A DNA stretch of 64,000 bases from Strigamia acuminata (GCA_949358305.1 OX442314.1:26846001-26910000); one strand, 5' to 3'. Shown: positions 10,984-24,072, counted from the first letter of the stretch. Made by a program: numbers and translations. The notes: a model not told the origin generated them from the sequence alone.

Positions 10984-13900
10984 TTAAGAAAAATAATTTT
11001 TAACAGTTGTGTAGCAGTTTTGAAACAACTCTGGTATGATGAGCAATGATAGACCAAACAATAAACCAAAGGCATTTGCCAAATCACAGAAAAGAGCTTC
11101 AAAGCTGTATTTAAGAATTTCAACGTATTGCTCGATTAAATTTGTAGCTGGCATTATTAAAACAATAGATACAGCTGATGCATTAGGATGCTGAAAATAA
11201 AGGTTTGTTTGGTGAATAACTTTCTTGCAAGTAGGCCGGCAGTCACATTCTCCTTTTGTGCGGACATTCAGAGACAAATAAATGAATTTTGCCAAGACTT
11301 CTTTAGCTTCTGATGCAGACTTGCATGTGTTTGTGAATGTGTTATTGGTAAATGGTAACCTAGTCGATAATTCAAATTAAAATAATATAATTCAATATGT
11401 CATGCGACTGCTAATATACCGGCACGAGATTAATTCGAATAACTTGTCTTGAAAGCATTTGTCTTGGCATTGTATATATTCTTCTTCCCTTTCAATACAC
11501 GGGCGTGATTTCAAATTCAGTGAAATTTTCTGTAAGTGTAGAGAATTGGTTAAATTACTCTTAAGTGTTCTTTTCATGTTATGCGATTTTACATTACAAC
11601 AAGTAGTTAAACACTAATTTAATTTATAGCTACTGTATTCAGGTTTTTTTTGGGAGGTGGAGGATAATATGAGTAAAAAAATTGGCGGGGGAATGTATCG
11701 TCCTGGGTAAGGTTTAACCTCGGCATCCAATCCAAACAGGAAACACAAGAGATTCTGGTTTTTCTAAATAATACAATCTTAATATCAAGATATTTAGATT
11801 GTTGCCTAATCATGAGTTGTAGTGTTGGAATTAATCTATAAAAAATGGAAATTATTTGTCATATAAGTATAATATATTTTACTTCGAAAGATGATATTTG
11901 CATTATTGACATGGTAGAGAAATCGATGTTCCGTCGACTTTTAAGAATAGATTGGATTTTAGCTCCAGGTGGACGAAGGTACAACTGCAAATTTAAATTT
12001 TTAAAAAATAAAAAAAAACTTGAAGCAACCCGATAATACGAGACTTTCATTATTTATACAGCATGTACCGTAGTAATGTTCTATACAATATTATAGTATA
12101 GATTTGAGAGAACCACATTATGCTGTGGCGTAGCAAGAAGTCAATGGGCCCGTAATAAAGTTGGGTTTGATGGGCCTTTTATCACAGATGTAGCTTACAC
12201 ACCAGAAATATTTTTCGGTACTTACTGTACAGGGTCACTTTAAAACGTTCATAGGCCCTAGGCATTTGTGTGAAGTTTTGACCTTTTCTTTTGCGAATCT
12301 TTTGCATTAATCTAGAAAGTAACATTAATGCTCCCCCCCCCCCCATTTGAATTCCTGCAACGGTAGCATAAAATCTTGAGTTGTGACTTGTTCAAATCGG
12401 GTTGTTTCGACTTAACCAAGTTTGGCAAAAGAGCTTAATCATTTACCATGTTTACATGTACTCACTTATCCAGATAAGTGAAAATGCGAATATTACTTTT
12501 GTGGAAAACTGCATGCGTTTACAAAGAATCAGTTTTCTAACAAAGGTGACGTCATAAGACGTTTTTAACTCTTTGTTAACCTTGCGCATTAATCTTCCAC
12601 AATGCACTGTGCAGAAACAACATGTCACAGCATTGTTGTGACGTTAGCTTTTCTAGATAAGTAATGAGTGGGTGTTTACATTGCAAATGGCAATGCGCAA
12701 AACACCCAAAATCTACCTCAAACAAGTGGATTTTAGTTATCCAGATAAGTTTGACTTTTCTGGAAAACTGATTTGTTTACATGATCAGTTTTCCAGAAAA
12801 GTAAATTTTGCATTTTTACTTATCTAGATAAGTGAGTACATGTAAACATGGTAATTGACGGTGTGTTGTCGACCGTTCATATCGACGACGATTTGACCCG
12901 AGCTGATATTTTTGTTGCGATAAAGAATCGTTCTGTTATCTTACCTGGCCCAATCCATCAGAACAGTCATTATCATTAATCTTTTTTTTATTTATAAGAG
13001 CAATAAAGAATGCAGAGGTAGCTCCAGCGTACTTTAGAGGCTCTAAAACAAAATAAAATGTATCTTCAATTCTTTATTTTATATTATTTTTATAACTTTC
13101 TCTGTACCGATAGTATAGTCCAAGCATGTTCCCGAATGCAGTTGTAAGTCATTGATACTGTACGTGTCATCTGTTGAACTTAACCCGAGTATCTGGAATA
13201 TTGTGAATTCCAGCATTAATTATAATCTACTGAACCTGAAATAGATAGCATAAACAAAATAGCAAAAAAAAAAATCGTATTCTGCCTCCAACTGCAGTGG
13301 TTTTGGAACTTGGATGCATACTACAGTAGTAATGTGACTGAAACTGACAAAATTGAAATATTTTTACTCAGTTATTTGTTCACTTTAAACACTTTTATGT
13401 TTTAATGTGATTTAAATTCCTTCAGGTTCAGTTATTCAGTTTATGGTTCCAATAAGCAATAGCAATTGGCACACGGAAACACAAATACTCAGCAAGCTAT
13501 ACTCAAAACCACCACAACGTTGACCTATTTCAGCCGGTTTACGCCTAACTGTGTACTGTGTTCTACTACGTGGAAAAGTAGTTTTGTGCCTTTGACAATG
13601 TTGGTAATCGATTACAATGTCTGGAGTTCTTTACAAATATGGTGTTATGAGCCACTTTTTTGTGCCACTACACCAGTGATACGGCTCGAACAATAGGTCA
13701 ACGTTGTGGTGGGTTTGAGTATAAGAATAAACATGAATAACACTTACCTCTGGAACATATTTCATTAAGAGTTTATTCAATTGAGGCTTTTGATATTTCC
13801 ATAATGTTTCGAGCGATGGTTTCTTATCACTGTTCATTAGATCAATGAAATGAATTTTGCATGGATCTTTCATAATCTTCTTTGCATATCGTTCTTTGTA

Positions 13901-16900
13901 TACGGTCATTAGTTTGCCATCGTTGCAGGCAATTATATTAGGCATGTAAATTGTATCGTTTTCTTTAACTTCAACTACGACTTTGATTGGTTCGCTGTAG
14001 TATAGCTGTATTTTCGTTGCAGTTAAATATACGGCAAGTATGGTATTTGTCAATAACACAATTAAACGCACGAAACGACCAATCGGTGGCATTTTATGTG
14101 AAGTATTGTGGCTTATTTTAGACATTACTTTCTCATGTATCTTCGCTATTTTACTTTTCAGATTTCTGTTTGATTGACGAAGAAGCTGAGAACTGTAGCT
14201 TCTAATTTTCTCGTGCAGTCGCTTAATCAGTGCTTGTCCTATTTCTACAAAGGATAACAATGATAATCCCAATGAAAATCCCAAATTTCCGCCAAAGTCT
14301 ACTAGCAATGCGATTATGTCGTAGTCAGGCGTTTCAGTCATGACTATGAATGTTGTATCAGGTTGTTTCATTTCGATGACAACTGTAGCATTATTGGGTG
14401 TTATCGCTAAGGCTACTTCCGTTATGTATATTTGCTTCGTGCATGGTCTCAAGCAACCACAATCCAATGTCGCTTTTGTTGATAATACAGTTTTGAATGT
14501 GTTGCCATGAATTTTAGCAACAATGGTTTCATTTTTTACCTCGCTGCAATCCTTAATTTTATTGTTAAAATCCATATACGGTAATCTGAAATTTAAAAAC
14601 GCTTTATTTATATCAGCAGTAAGAAGAAAATGTGGGCTTTTTAGATTTTAAAGGTAGATTTCAAGTCTGATAAACCTGACTAATAGTCAATATTTTGACT
14701 AACCGGCATTCAGGTTTCTCTTTCCGAGCCAAACAGTCTTCGTAACACTTTATACTATCTTTTACGTTTGAGTTGCATCCAGGGTGATGTGATGGTAGGA
14801 AATTGTACTGGAAATTAAAATTTTAGTTACTTTTTATTCTTGTGCAATCGAAGTCCAAAAATTTTGTATAGAACACAAAGGCAATGTCTACTGCCAGGGT
14901 AAAATGACTTGTTCTAAATCATTCTACTGTTCTCAATTTAGCAACAAATTTTTAGTGACTGAGAAACTTTGTGACGATTCTACCTTTACAAGATAATTAT
15001 ATCTTTGAGATAACTAAAACCTACCGAAATAAGCTATAAACTACATGTGTGCGTGCCAAGTGAAAATACAATGCGAATAACTTACAAGAATATCGATAAA
15101 TAGTATTGTTTATTAACAAAAAGTCCCGGTTCTAAATACACGTGAAATAACGGGTGGCAACGTCTGGCTGGATGTCGTGGGCGGGCCGAGGGATAGAGCT
15201 GGCTTTGCGGCATCGTCACAAAGAATGTTTTTGTGGGTGCGAAGGGTTCTTCGCACCGCTAAGCTACAACCTAAAGTTTATAGATTACTAAAATCGATGT
15301 AACGAGAATTTACCAATTCTCATGTGCTACGGAAAACATAATAAAGAAGGAATTACTAATTAGATATAATTCGAATGTCGGCGGGGACCATCACAATGGC
15401 GCTCAACCATTGCGGAAGGAAACTTCCATCCGCCATAAAATGCCTTACGACCGAAAGATTGCGTAATCCATGACTGGGTATTTGTTTAGTACGATGTTAT
15501 CGCTTCGGTGGTACCAACCACCAGGTAAATAATTGTACGGAATTACCAGAAGCCGATACAGTTTGTCGGGACGCCAGCGAGGAACAAGCGTTTGTTCCCA
15601 ACAAGACCGAGTATTTGTTTAAGTGCGACGAATCGCTTCGGCGGTACCATCCGCCGGGCAAAACATTGTGGGGTTTACCAATTTCCAAGTAGTTGTTTAA
15701 CGCAAGTATTACAATACTGCTCACGGGCTACCAACCCGGCGCTTCGCAGGCTGTCGTTTCAAGATCCATTTACCGTACTATTTCATACGGACGGATCTTC
15801 ATCAAAATGCAACAAATTATTGAAGCAAGACAACGAATCACCCTGGAGAGTCCCCAATCGTGCTGCAAACGCAAGTCACGAAACGTTGGGGGGATTTCCC
15901 GATTTTCGATAAAAGATACAAGACCAGATACAAAAACCGAAAGAACCGGAGGTCCGGTGGTCAACCGGAGCTCATATAGCTCTTCAGAACAGAAGGATTA
16001 GCGGTAGCCAATCGGCTACCAGAATCCACGGATTTCCAAGTCAATGTTGGGATTAGCGAGTCCGGACCTTGCGGAAGACTAGGTCCGAAGGAGTCCAATT
16101 GGCTCCTTACTTCCGGCAAGTATAACTTAGTAATTATTATTGGAATATTGATTCTATGGAATCAATATTCTTCATAATATTTGCTGAGTTTATTCTATTA
16201 AATAAACAGCAAAACATACTCTAATTTAAAGTATTTCTAACTCATATTTTGAATTACGCGCTAGTTTTATATTAGCGCCATCTAGTGTGAACTTTCGTGT
16301 TTATACGGTCACAACTTTCTTGCAAGAAGAACGGGTTATAGTCATTTTTACAAAAAAAAAACCCATGTTAGCGATTACGTTTTAGCGACAATATATGGTA
16401 ACTTTCCCATAGCAATCGCTAAGTTTTAGCGACGCGACACGATTTATCGCGACAACAATGTACTGCTCAAAAAATGGTTTTGCATAAAAAAACCAGTAAG
16501 GTTAGGTTCGGGGGGGTCAAGCGGGGGCGCAGCCCCCCTCCCTTGTTAGCCCTTCTTAGGAATTAAACCTAAAATATATGTAGTCGCGGTTTCCAAAGTT
16601 GCGGTAGATTCCGCGAGCATGTGCCCTTAAATACAGTGTAAGAACGGATAAAATAAGAAAAAAGTAAATAAACAACTAGATTTTTCCCTGTCAATAGACA
16701 TTTGCAAACCCATATGAGATCAAATTATTGAAACCCCCAAATTAATTGAAAAATTACCAAAATCTATTTAATTGCACACTAATTATTTACACACTATTTT
16801 TATTTATCGGACCCCCCATTCGTAGTTAACAATCCCCCGAAAATATTTATTTCTACACTGTCTTGTAAACGTCTTGTAAACGTTTCCGGAGAAAAAAATG

Positions 16901-19900
16901 GAATTTGGGGGTTCGGTTCAATAATTAGGGAACAAACTCAATATGTGCGCAATTAAATATTTCAGGTGTTTTGGAAAATATAAATAGGGGGTCAATAAAT
17001 ACAACCCAACTTATATGTAGATACCTGTCGCGTATGATAATTCACTAACAACATATTGCCCACAGCTGCTGGTGCTGCGTATTCAAAAGTCATTAGAGGA
17101 TTTATGGCCGTTAGCTATCGGAGACAAATTCTATTTAGCAATAAATAATAGGCGCATACACAAATGCAAACTGAAGTTGCAGTTAAACACGTTTTGCTCT
17201 TTAAATGTCGTGCGCATGCACATTGCGGCTGAAAACTGTTGGGGACATTCAGGCCTGTGGTGAGTCTGGAAAAGCAGGAATCCATTTTTCAAAGTTTGGC
17301 TAACATGCCAAACTGTTGGCAGCCATCTTAAATGCATGAGGTTAAAAACAGCAATGACCCATGTTAGAGAGTATACACTCTCTGCATTGAAACATAAAGA
17401 ACAAATCATAAATACAATGGATAACAAATGAGGAGACTTGTCCTATTAAAAGTCAATAACCAAATACAGATGAAATTAAACATAACAAATGATAAGCTGC
17501 CAATATAAATAATAATAACATAAATTATACAGCAAACTATATAAATATACAAGAGTTGTATATATTTGGCAGTTGTTAAACAACCGAACATTTCACAAAT
17601 CTCCAACATTCCCCCTCTGTTCGATTATTCAACAACTTCCTAAATGCAAAAGTAAATGCTAGTCTGATCAAACATCATTAAATCTTAAATAATGTTCAAA
17701 AAATAAGATCCATTGACTTATCTCTAATGAATTCTGAATTTTTGGACTTAATCCACCGCATGTTATAAACGGGATATGCCGGTTGTATTGGATCTTTATT
17801 ACAAAAGTCAAATAGGCTCGAATCAAATTCATAACCCTCTGCAGTACACCACTCCTTCACGTCATTTATATTCTGTATTCGATCATTGCTCGGTGAAGTA
17901 TAGATAACACTAATCTGCTCTGTGTAATTATCTATTTGATGCATTGTGGATTGCCTCCACCACCAACTCATGTCTAATTTTTGTTTAAGCCTAACGCCTA
18001 AGGAGTCTGAACAATTCCCAGAACAAACTTCAACCATGCCATTTCCAGCCGTGAGACTCAAATGTTGTTCCATCTCAGTGACCGTCTTGTCTAATATCGG
18101 CTCACTAACTGTTAATCGACAATCATCGTCCTTTGTTGCTGATAAAACAACATCCTTGCATTTCTTATGTCTCTTTTTCTTTTTCTTTGTCTTGCTACAT
18201 TCCCCCTCTGTGCTTACAGTCCCACAATGGTTTAAATCAACCAAACTAGGTGTTACACCTGGGGGAATTTCTAATGACAAATTAATTTTCTCTTTACTGA
18301 AACTCTGTTCTCGTTCCAATTCTTTCAGTTTCTTTTTAATTTCCCCCTCTATCTCAATCATTCTCCCCTCGCTTAATGATGGGGAAATTTCATCCTCTAC
18401 TGTGTTCACTAAGGAGGAAGACTTCTGCTCACAAGTGAGGCTCTCACAAAACTCTTCATCACTTCCTAAATGTTCCCCCTCGTTTCTAACACTTTCACAT
18501 TTATTAATGTCGACTTCTTCACTTAACGACAATGAGGGATTTTCTAAATTCAACAAGCCTAATGTTGAGGGAACTACCTCATGAGGGGATATTGGCACCT
18601 CAACCCTTGATGGAATTTCAGCTTCCAAACTCTCAGTGCAACTCTCAATGTTGGAAATTTCCAGAGAGGGTTTTAATTCCCCCTCGTGCCAATAACTCCA
18701 CTCATGTATCTGTACCGTATTCGTTTGAACAATTCTGTCCCTTGCTTGGTCCCAGACCCGGTATTTCCTATTAGATGTCGAATACCCAACTAAGGCGCCC
18801 ACCCAGGAACACCTTTTCCCATCGTTAATGTGGAAAACTCTAACTCTCGACCCCGTGCATCTGAGATGCCGTACCGATACACCTCGGTCATACAATACGT
18901 TGTATGACTAAATTAGCCGTTATTTTTGACGTTAGATTGGGATAATCGGTTTAAACGGCAGTTTAAATATGTTGTTTAAGACTCAGTTTAGTGTACATGA
19001 CCATAAACATGTGCAGTAATCTAATCATGTCCATGTTAGGGTTCAACCGTAATACCCAGCTTTGGAGAGCATACTCTAGCGAGTTTGACCTCGTCTGGGG
19101 ATATGATTGGCTGGTTCATTTGATGCCGTGCCAGAAAAGTTGAATTCCTGCTTGTTTTATCCAGCATTGCCAAAAAATTTGTATTATCCAGCATTTGCAT
19201 ACATTTTACTCAACGTAGGATGAACTAGTCTTTTGGAAATGAATAGTGTGCATCCATACTACGGTATTTTCATACTATTAAAGAAACAGTTCTTTTTTAT
19301 GCAAATATTGTGTAAATTATTGCGTTTATTTTTAATTTGATAATTGATTGGTCGGAAATGTACAAAAGCAACATTTCAATGCGAAGAGTTTATTTTTCCG
19401 TAATTTGCCTGGAACACTTTAAAGGAAAGGAAAGTAAACACCGTGTATTCTCACCATCACAGCTGGTTTTTTGCAGGTTCCATTTTTCTGAAACTGCCAC
19501 ATCATAGAGAATCCCTCAGCCATGGACAAATCTAAAAATTTAAATGATATAACTTGAAACTTATTTACTGTATCCAGTTCAGAAAAAAAATCCTTTCCTC
19601 ACTAAATGTTGTTGTAGTTGTTGGGAATATTTTTAATTTGATGCTAGATTGGCAGGAAATAGCACATTCTATTGTTAATGATAATTAGACCCCGGATAAA
19701 TGCATAAATGCATACTTCATATGTATATTGCATATATAGTCGAAATTGGCTTAAATTGCATATTTTCCGAAAATCGGAAAATAAATGCATATATTGCCAT
19801 TTTTCCGGGAAAAAACGGCGATTTATGTCTCTCTTTAACGATACGTAACATGTACGTATTAATTTTTGTCTTTTTTTTAAGACACGTATCGTGTACGTAT

Positions 19901-22900
19901 GCTTACGTTCAGAAAACTGAGGATTTCGCCAAAAACAGACACCAGGGGAAGTCACTAAATTAGTGTCTGAAAAAAGTTTTAAGATATAAACAAATACACA
20001 AATAAAAAAATAAAAAAAATGAATTGTAATTACTGATTATAGTTCATTTACATCAAGAACACTTTGAAATGGCATTAAGTTGTTGTTGAACACCTGATTT
20101 CACTCAAATAAATTTTTTTATTTTGCATATTTCACTTTTTTTTTTTGCATATATTGAAATTTTTGGTGCATTTTATATGCGCATATAACGAAATTTATTT
20201 TGCATACATATCCGGGGTCTAATGATAATGAAGCATCGTTACAACATTTGTTATCAAAGTGTAATTTCTGAATTAACAATGCTAGACTAACAGTGTCAAT
20301 CGACGATATTGTCTAGCTTTGTTGGTTAAGAATTTACAAGTGGGAAGACAACGTTGCAACAATGCTACATAAACAAAAAACGTCTCCTTGTATTTGTCAT
20401 GTCCAATTTCCTACCAATTTTAGAGTTCTACCTTGGGCATAATGGCTATGTGTGACCATGACGAGGAAAGGACTTTTTTCTGCTTTGCAGAGCAGCTTTT
20501 ATTACCTGTTTTGAAGATTAAAGCAACCCCCATCATTGTATTTTTTTCACTGATCTCTATATTGGAATTAGTTGTTAAAATTTGGCCATTATTTTTAGTC
20601 ATTTTAAAAATAGATTTCTTGTACTAAAAAAGAAATTTCTGACTTAAATAAAATAAAGCAATAAAGCAAATCAGAAAGGAAATGAAGTGCTGAACTGTAC
20701 TTTTACACATTGGCTTAAAGCACATTTACAAACTGCAGACGCTCTAGGAATCCTTGTCCTGATTTCTTGGCCAGGGATGACAAATGCATTAATAATTCAA
20801 ACAGTGGTGAAATTTTTATTTTATTGTCTGTGTGGGTGTTTGTTTGATTTGCTTGTTTAACACCTCTGCTTTAGTTCATTGATTTATAATTTAATTTTAC
20901 TTAATTTTGTGTTGCGCCTAGAAATAGCATTGTTTGATAGCATTGTCATTGTTTCCAATATTTAAAGTGGGGGTGCTTATTCATTGAGATCAAAGCTGTT
21001 GGTTTGTGTTGTAATGCTTCTTAATCATAGATGGCGCCAAATACCAGTTTTTATGTTAATTCATTACTCTCGTTTTGCACTCATTCCATGTAGAGACATC
21101 CTGCATTAAACCTGTGAATGTTTTCACTTGTAAGACCGTATTCATTTCATTGTACACGTCAATGCTTAGGACAGTTTCCCACAAACAAAGGTGTGACTGT
21201 TCGGACGGCCGCCACGTGGTCGGGGGAGAGCCACGGGACGCTGGACGCAACACACACTATGATTATCCACCGAAATACGACCAAAGACACAGGTTTAGTT
21301 ATGATTGATAGCCTTATTGTTGTCTAAGGGTGTGATTGGTGTCTCAGGTGTATTTCCCAATGCGATGGTTGCGGATAGCCATCCCTAACCAGACCGCGTG
21401 GCACGGCGGCCATTGGCCGTAACGTTCATGGGAACGTAATACGTACGGTGAACACAGCGGACTTGGACGCTCAGGTCCCGGTGGGCGACAGAGTCGCCAC
21501 GCCGACGTTTGGGTCGTCATTACAGTTAGTTTCGGGGAACAATCACAAAAGCGACCGTTTGCCTTGCTACCGTCGTCCACCGAATATAACACCATGGAGT
21601 TGTATTCGAATATAACATCACCCTGGTGTTGTATTCGAATACAACACCATGGTGTTATATTTGGTGGAAGATGGTAGCTGGAAGAAAACTCCCTGGGCCT
21701 CTGTGGGGCTCACCTACAGAAGGGCAGAGTCTCGATTGGTGGAACCAACGGCCCTCAGCTCCACCTGGTGCGAGGGACCGCAACAGGGCGTGCACTAGAA
21801 ACACAGGAGGTGCGCGAGAGCTGTGAGAGTGCCGTGTGTTGCAGGCAAGTGATCAGCCTGCGTGGGCAGCTGGTCACAAAGGGTTATGGGTCCAGTGCGC
21901 AAAATTCTGTGAGAAAGGAAACTGTAAGTGACTTGAAAACATGTCAATAATAAGTGACGATCAGGAAAAGTGTGGTTCGAAAATCGAAATTAATGGCGGA
22001 TCCAAACGAGCATGGTTTTACCCAGACCGAGAAGCTCGATACAAACTATCCGTCATAGAGATGGAAAGTGATGATTTTACTTGAAAAACATGGCATTCTG
22101 AATACGATAGACGAACAAGCAAATTGAGATCACAACCGAGACCAAAATCGTTATCACGATCAAGAACGAAACAAAAATGACGAGGCCAAACATGACAGGA
22201 AAAACCTTAAGGCCAACGCAATCGCGGTCGGAAACGCAAATAAAAGTGACCAGAAAAATGATGGGCAGCGCAGAGACACCAAGTGGGATGAAAATCTTAG
22301 CTATGGCTCTGCTAAAGGGCCCATCATCCAACTTGCACACAGGCCCATTGGTGTATTGCTACGCCGCTCACCACGGGTACGGTATCTATGCTGTAACAAC
22401 AGTGTGCACATATCCATGACATGTAATTACATCTCTATACTCGAGTTGCACTCAAAAAGGCACCTCACAATGTGTACTCCCATTGGTCGAGCCAGTTTAC
22501 TGGTGTAGTGATCCGGAAAAATAGACCCAAACACCAGAATTGCATAACAATGTACAGACATTGCAATCGATTGCCTAGGCAACGGCCTAAAATTCAAACT
22601 TCCAGACGATGTAAGTAACATTTTTTATTAAATAAAATCAAAATAACATAAACTAAATTAGTCATAACAATCACAACAATAAATAAAAAACAAAACTACT
22701 TCTCCTAGTAGTAGTATACAGTCTGGAGTTAGTAGTAAACTGGCTCGACCAATGGGAGTACACATTGTGAGGTGCCTTTTTGAGTGCAACTCGAGTATAA
22801 GTACTCAATTCATTTTAAGCGACGATTTGACGGAACCAAGTGATCGCATAAAATGATGTACATCTTTATTTGCGTTTTGAAATAACAGATTTTCTTACTA

Positions 22901-23411
22901 AATTGATAAACAAATAAAACATTCTTACTTGATGTACTTCTACAAGCTCCAAATTGTTTAGTATACTTGAATCTAGCCACAACTGAGTGTAATTAAAAGC
23001 TTTGGTAGCACTTTTTATAATCCCTTTTACTGCACTTCCACAATCTATAGGATTCTCTCCGCGACCTCTTGTTGATTGCCAATATGGAGCCAAAGTTGCT
23101 GTATCTAATGCTGCCAACATATTGCCAGCTATTTTTAGTTCTTTCGTTTCTTTATATTCAATCTCAACTTTAATTGGGTTAGACAAGTAGTGTTGCACTC
23201 TTCGGTATGTCTGATAACAACAAATGGTCAAGCAAAGCGTTACTGCAACCAACCATAAAATGCGAACTGCAACGAATTTCTGTTTGTTCAGTAACTTATC
23301 CAATATCGGCAATGATGTCATCTCGATTGAACTTGCAATTTCTTCTTTGAACAGATGCCGAATGCGATGTTTTCTCAACTTCATCATTCTTAAATTTTTG
23401 ATTCGTCTCAT
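10984..23411 (-). CDS. DEG/ENaC-like gene B, two tandem channel modules, about 826 aa. Exons: 23411-22929, 20623-20506, 19531-19455, 17114-17025, 14807-14704, 14585-13748, 13192-13108, 13042-12945, 11984-11883, 11529-11420, 11359-10984
   Basis: All junctions are GT-AG and keep frame. Cys-rich thumb motifs (CYEDC..ECRLP, CGCLRPC; CQDKC..SCRLP, CDCRPTC); TM2 motifs DFGGNLGFSLGLS and DLANAFGLLFGLS; every exon has a counterpart in gene C. Confidence 0.85.
12443..12854. mobile_element. MITE with ~45-bp TIRs in gene B intron 8
   Basis: TTACCATGTTTACATGTACTCACTTATC ... GATAAGTGAGTACATGTAAACATGGTAA; internal inverted sub-repeats. Confidence 0.85.
14993..16327. other. Unidentified hairpin-dense insertion in gene B intron 4 (boundaries approximate)
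   Basis: Absent from the short paralogous intron of gene C (35730-36014); many consecutive short inverted repeats; no convincing ORF. Confidence 0.5.
17362..18900 (-). mobile_element. 5'-truncated Ty1/Copia-derived element with putative 3' LTR (about 17362-17608) and PPT (about 17610-17618)
   Basis: Minus-strand AGAGGGGGA followed by TGTTGG...TAACA; the ORF resembles the Copia integrase C-terminal region. Confidence 0.65.
17696..18895 (-). CDS. Copia pol fragment: post-integrase SH3-like region, acidic linker, C-terminal methyl-CpG-binding (MBD)-like domain; no RT
   Basis: HLRCTGS...GALVGYSTSNRKYRVWD...TVQIHE resembles the Copia HLRxFG...GxFVGY...YRxxD...DVxFxE motif; WWRQ...VIYTSPSNDRIQNINDVKEWC...SLFDF resembles the MBD consensus W.R...DVYY.SP.G..+RS...+..Y...FDF. 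Confidence 0.65.
   Translation of the reverse strand: MYDRGVSVRHLRCTGSRVRVFHINDGKRCSWVGALVGYSTSNRKYRVWDQARDRIVQTNTVQIHEWSYWHEGELKPSLEISNIESCTESLEAEIPSRVEVPISPHEVVPSTLGLLNLENPSLSLSEEVDINKCESVRNEGEHLGSDEEFCESLTCEQKSSSLVNTVEDEISPSLSEGRMIEIEGEIKKKLKELEREQSFSKEKINLSLEIPPGVTPSLVDLNHCGTVSTEGECSKTKKKKKRHKKCKDVVLSATKDDDCRLTVSEPILDKTVTEMEQHLSLTAGNGMVEVCSGNCSDSLGVRLKQKLDMSWWWRQSTMHQIDNYTEQISVIYTSPSNDRIQNINDVKEWCTAEGYEFDSSLFDFCNKDPIQPAYPVYNMRWIKSKNSEFIRDKSMDLIF
19686..20221. mobile_element. Non-autonomous hAT-type element
   Basis: TIR TAGACCCCGGATA/TATCCGGGGTCTA; exact 8-bp TSD ATGATAAT (19678-19685 and 20222-20229). Confidence 0.85.
21010..22290 (+). mobile_element. Decayed 5' fragment of a Copia element (probable LTR, PBS, start of gag); left boundary uncertain
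   Basis: Half-tRNAiMet-type PBS GGTTATGGGTCCAG at 21882-21895; gag-like start MADPNEHGFTQTEKLDTNYPS* near 21993. Confidence 0.55.
22438..22797. mobile_element. MITE with ~65-bp TIRs and TA TSD (Tc1/mariner-type by TSD)
   Basis: TACTCGAGTTGCACTCAAAAAGGC... and its reverse complement; the paralogous intron of gene A has the empty site ATCCC-TA-AGTAC at about 791-802. Confidence 0.9.
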
Positions 23412-24072
23412 AATCTTTTTGTGAGTATTGAGTTGCTTTTCAGTTTTTTAATTTGTTTTCTGTCATAAATATGGTAATTGAGGGTTCATCAAGTTAAATG
23501 TATAATTATGGAAAAGTTTGATCTTTTCCATAATTATTCGTTCAACTCGGTGATCAAAAAAATCTTCAAGCAGGGACCAGCCGCTTTCACCAAAAGGCCT
23601 TCTTGGTGAAGCAAACCATTTTTGAGGACTGTGACTCGTATGCAATGGAGGATCTAGAAGGGTAGCCAAGGGGGCTATGGCCATCCTTCTAAAAGTTTAT
23701 AAAAAATAGAAGAAAAATAATAATTTTTCTTAAATTTTACTGCCCTAAGTTTTAGGGGCCATTCATTGCAAAATATTTTATAAAAATATTTCTGGGAAGG
23801 GAAGAAGTGCATATACCATAGTTGACAGGACACTGTTGCTGAAACATTTGTAGTGAGTTAGTCATGGTTTGTATTGTTTTTATCCAAAGTTTGACAATTT
23901 GTATTCTGTTAGAATAAGCAATGGTTTTGCAATGTGCTGTTAAGTATATGCCAACAGCATACTTTTTCAGATTCTTATCGTATTCAGTTAGTATTCATTT
24001 GTAACGTATAAATTATCATTTGTATTGGTTTGCAACTAACCCCCTATGCAGTGTCCTGCCAACTTGATAGTA

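Noticed and set aside
11360..13748. A possible third ENaC module (single-chain trimer)
   Set aside because: Only one extra TM1 and two TM2 motifs per gene were found; exons 7-10 account for one ECD, and a stop follows the second TM2.
15960..15990. Minus-strand CUGAAGA suggesting a hammerhead ribozyme core
   Set aside because: No GAAA follows the adjacent stem, so the core is incomplete.
17946..18584. 212-aa plus-strand ORF
   Set aside because: Antisense shadow of the acidic Copia-derived ORF.
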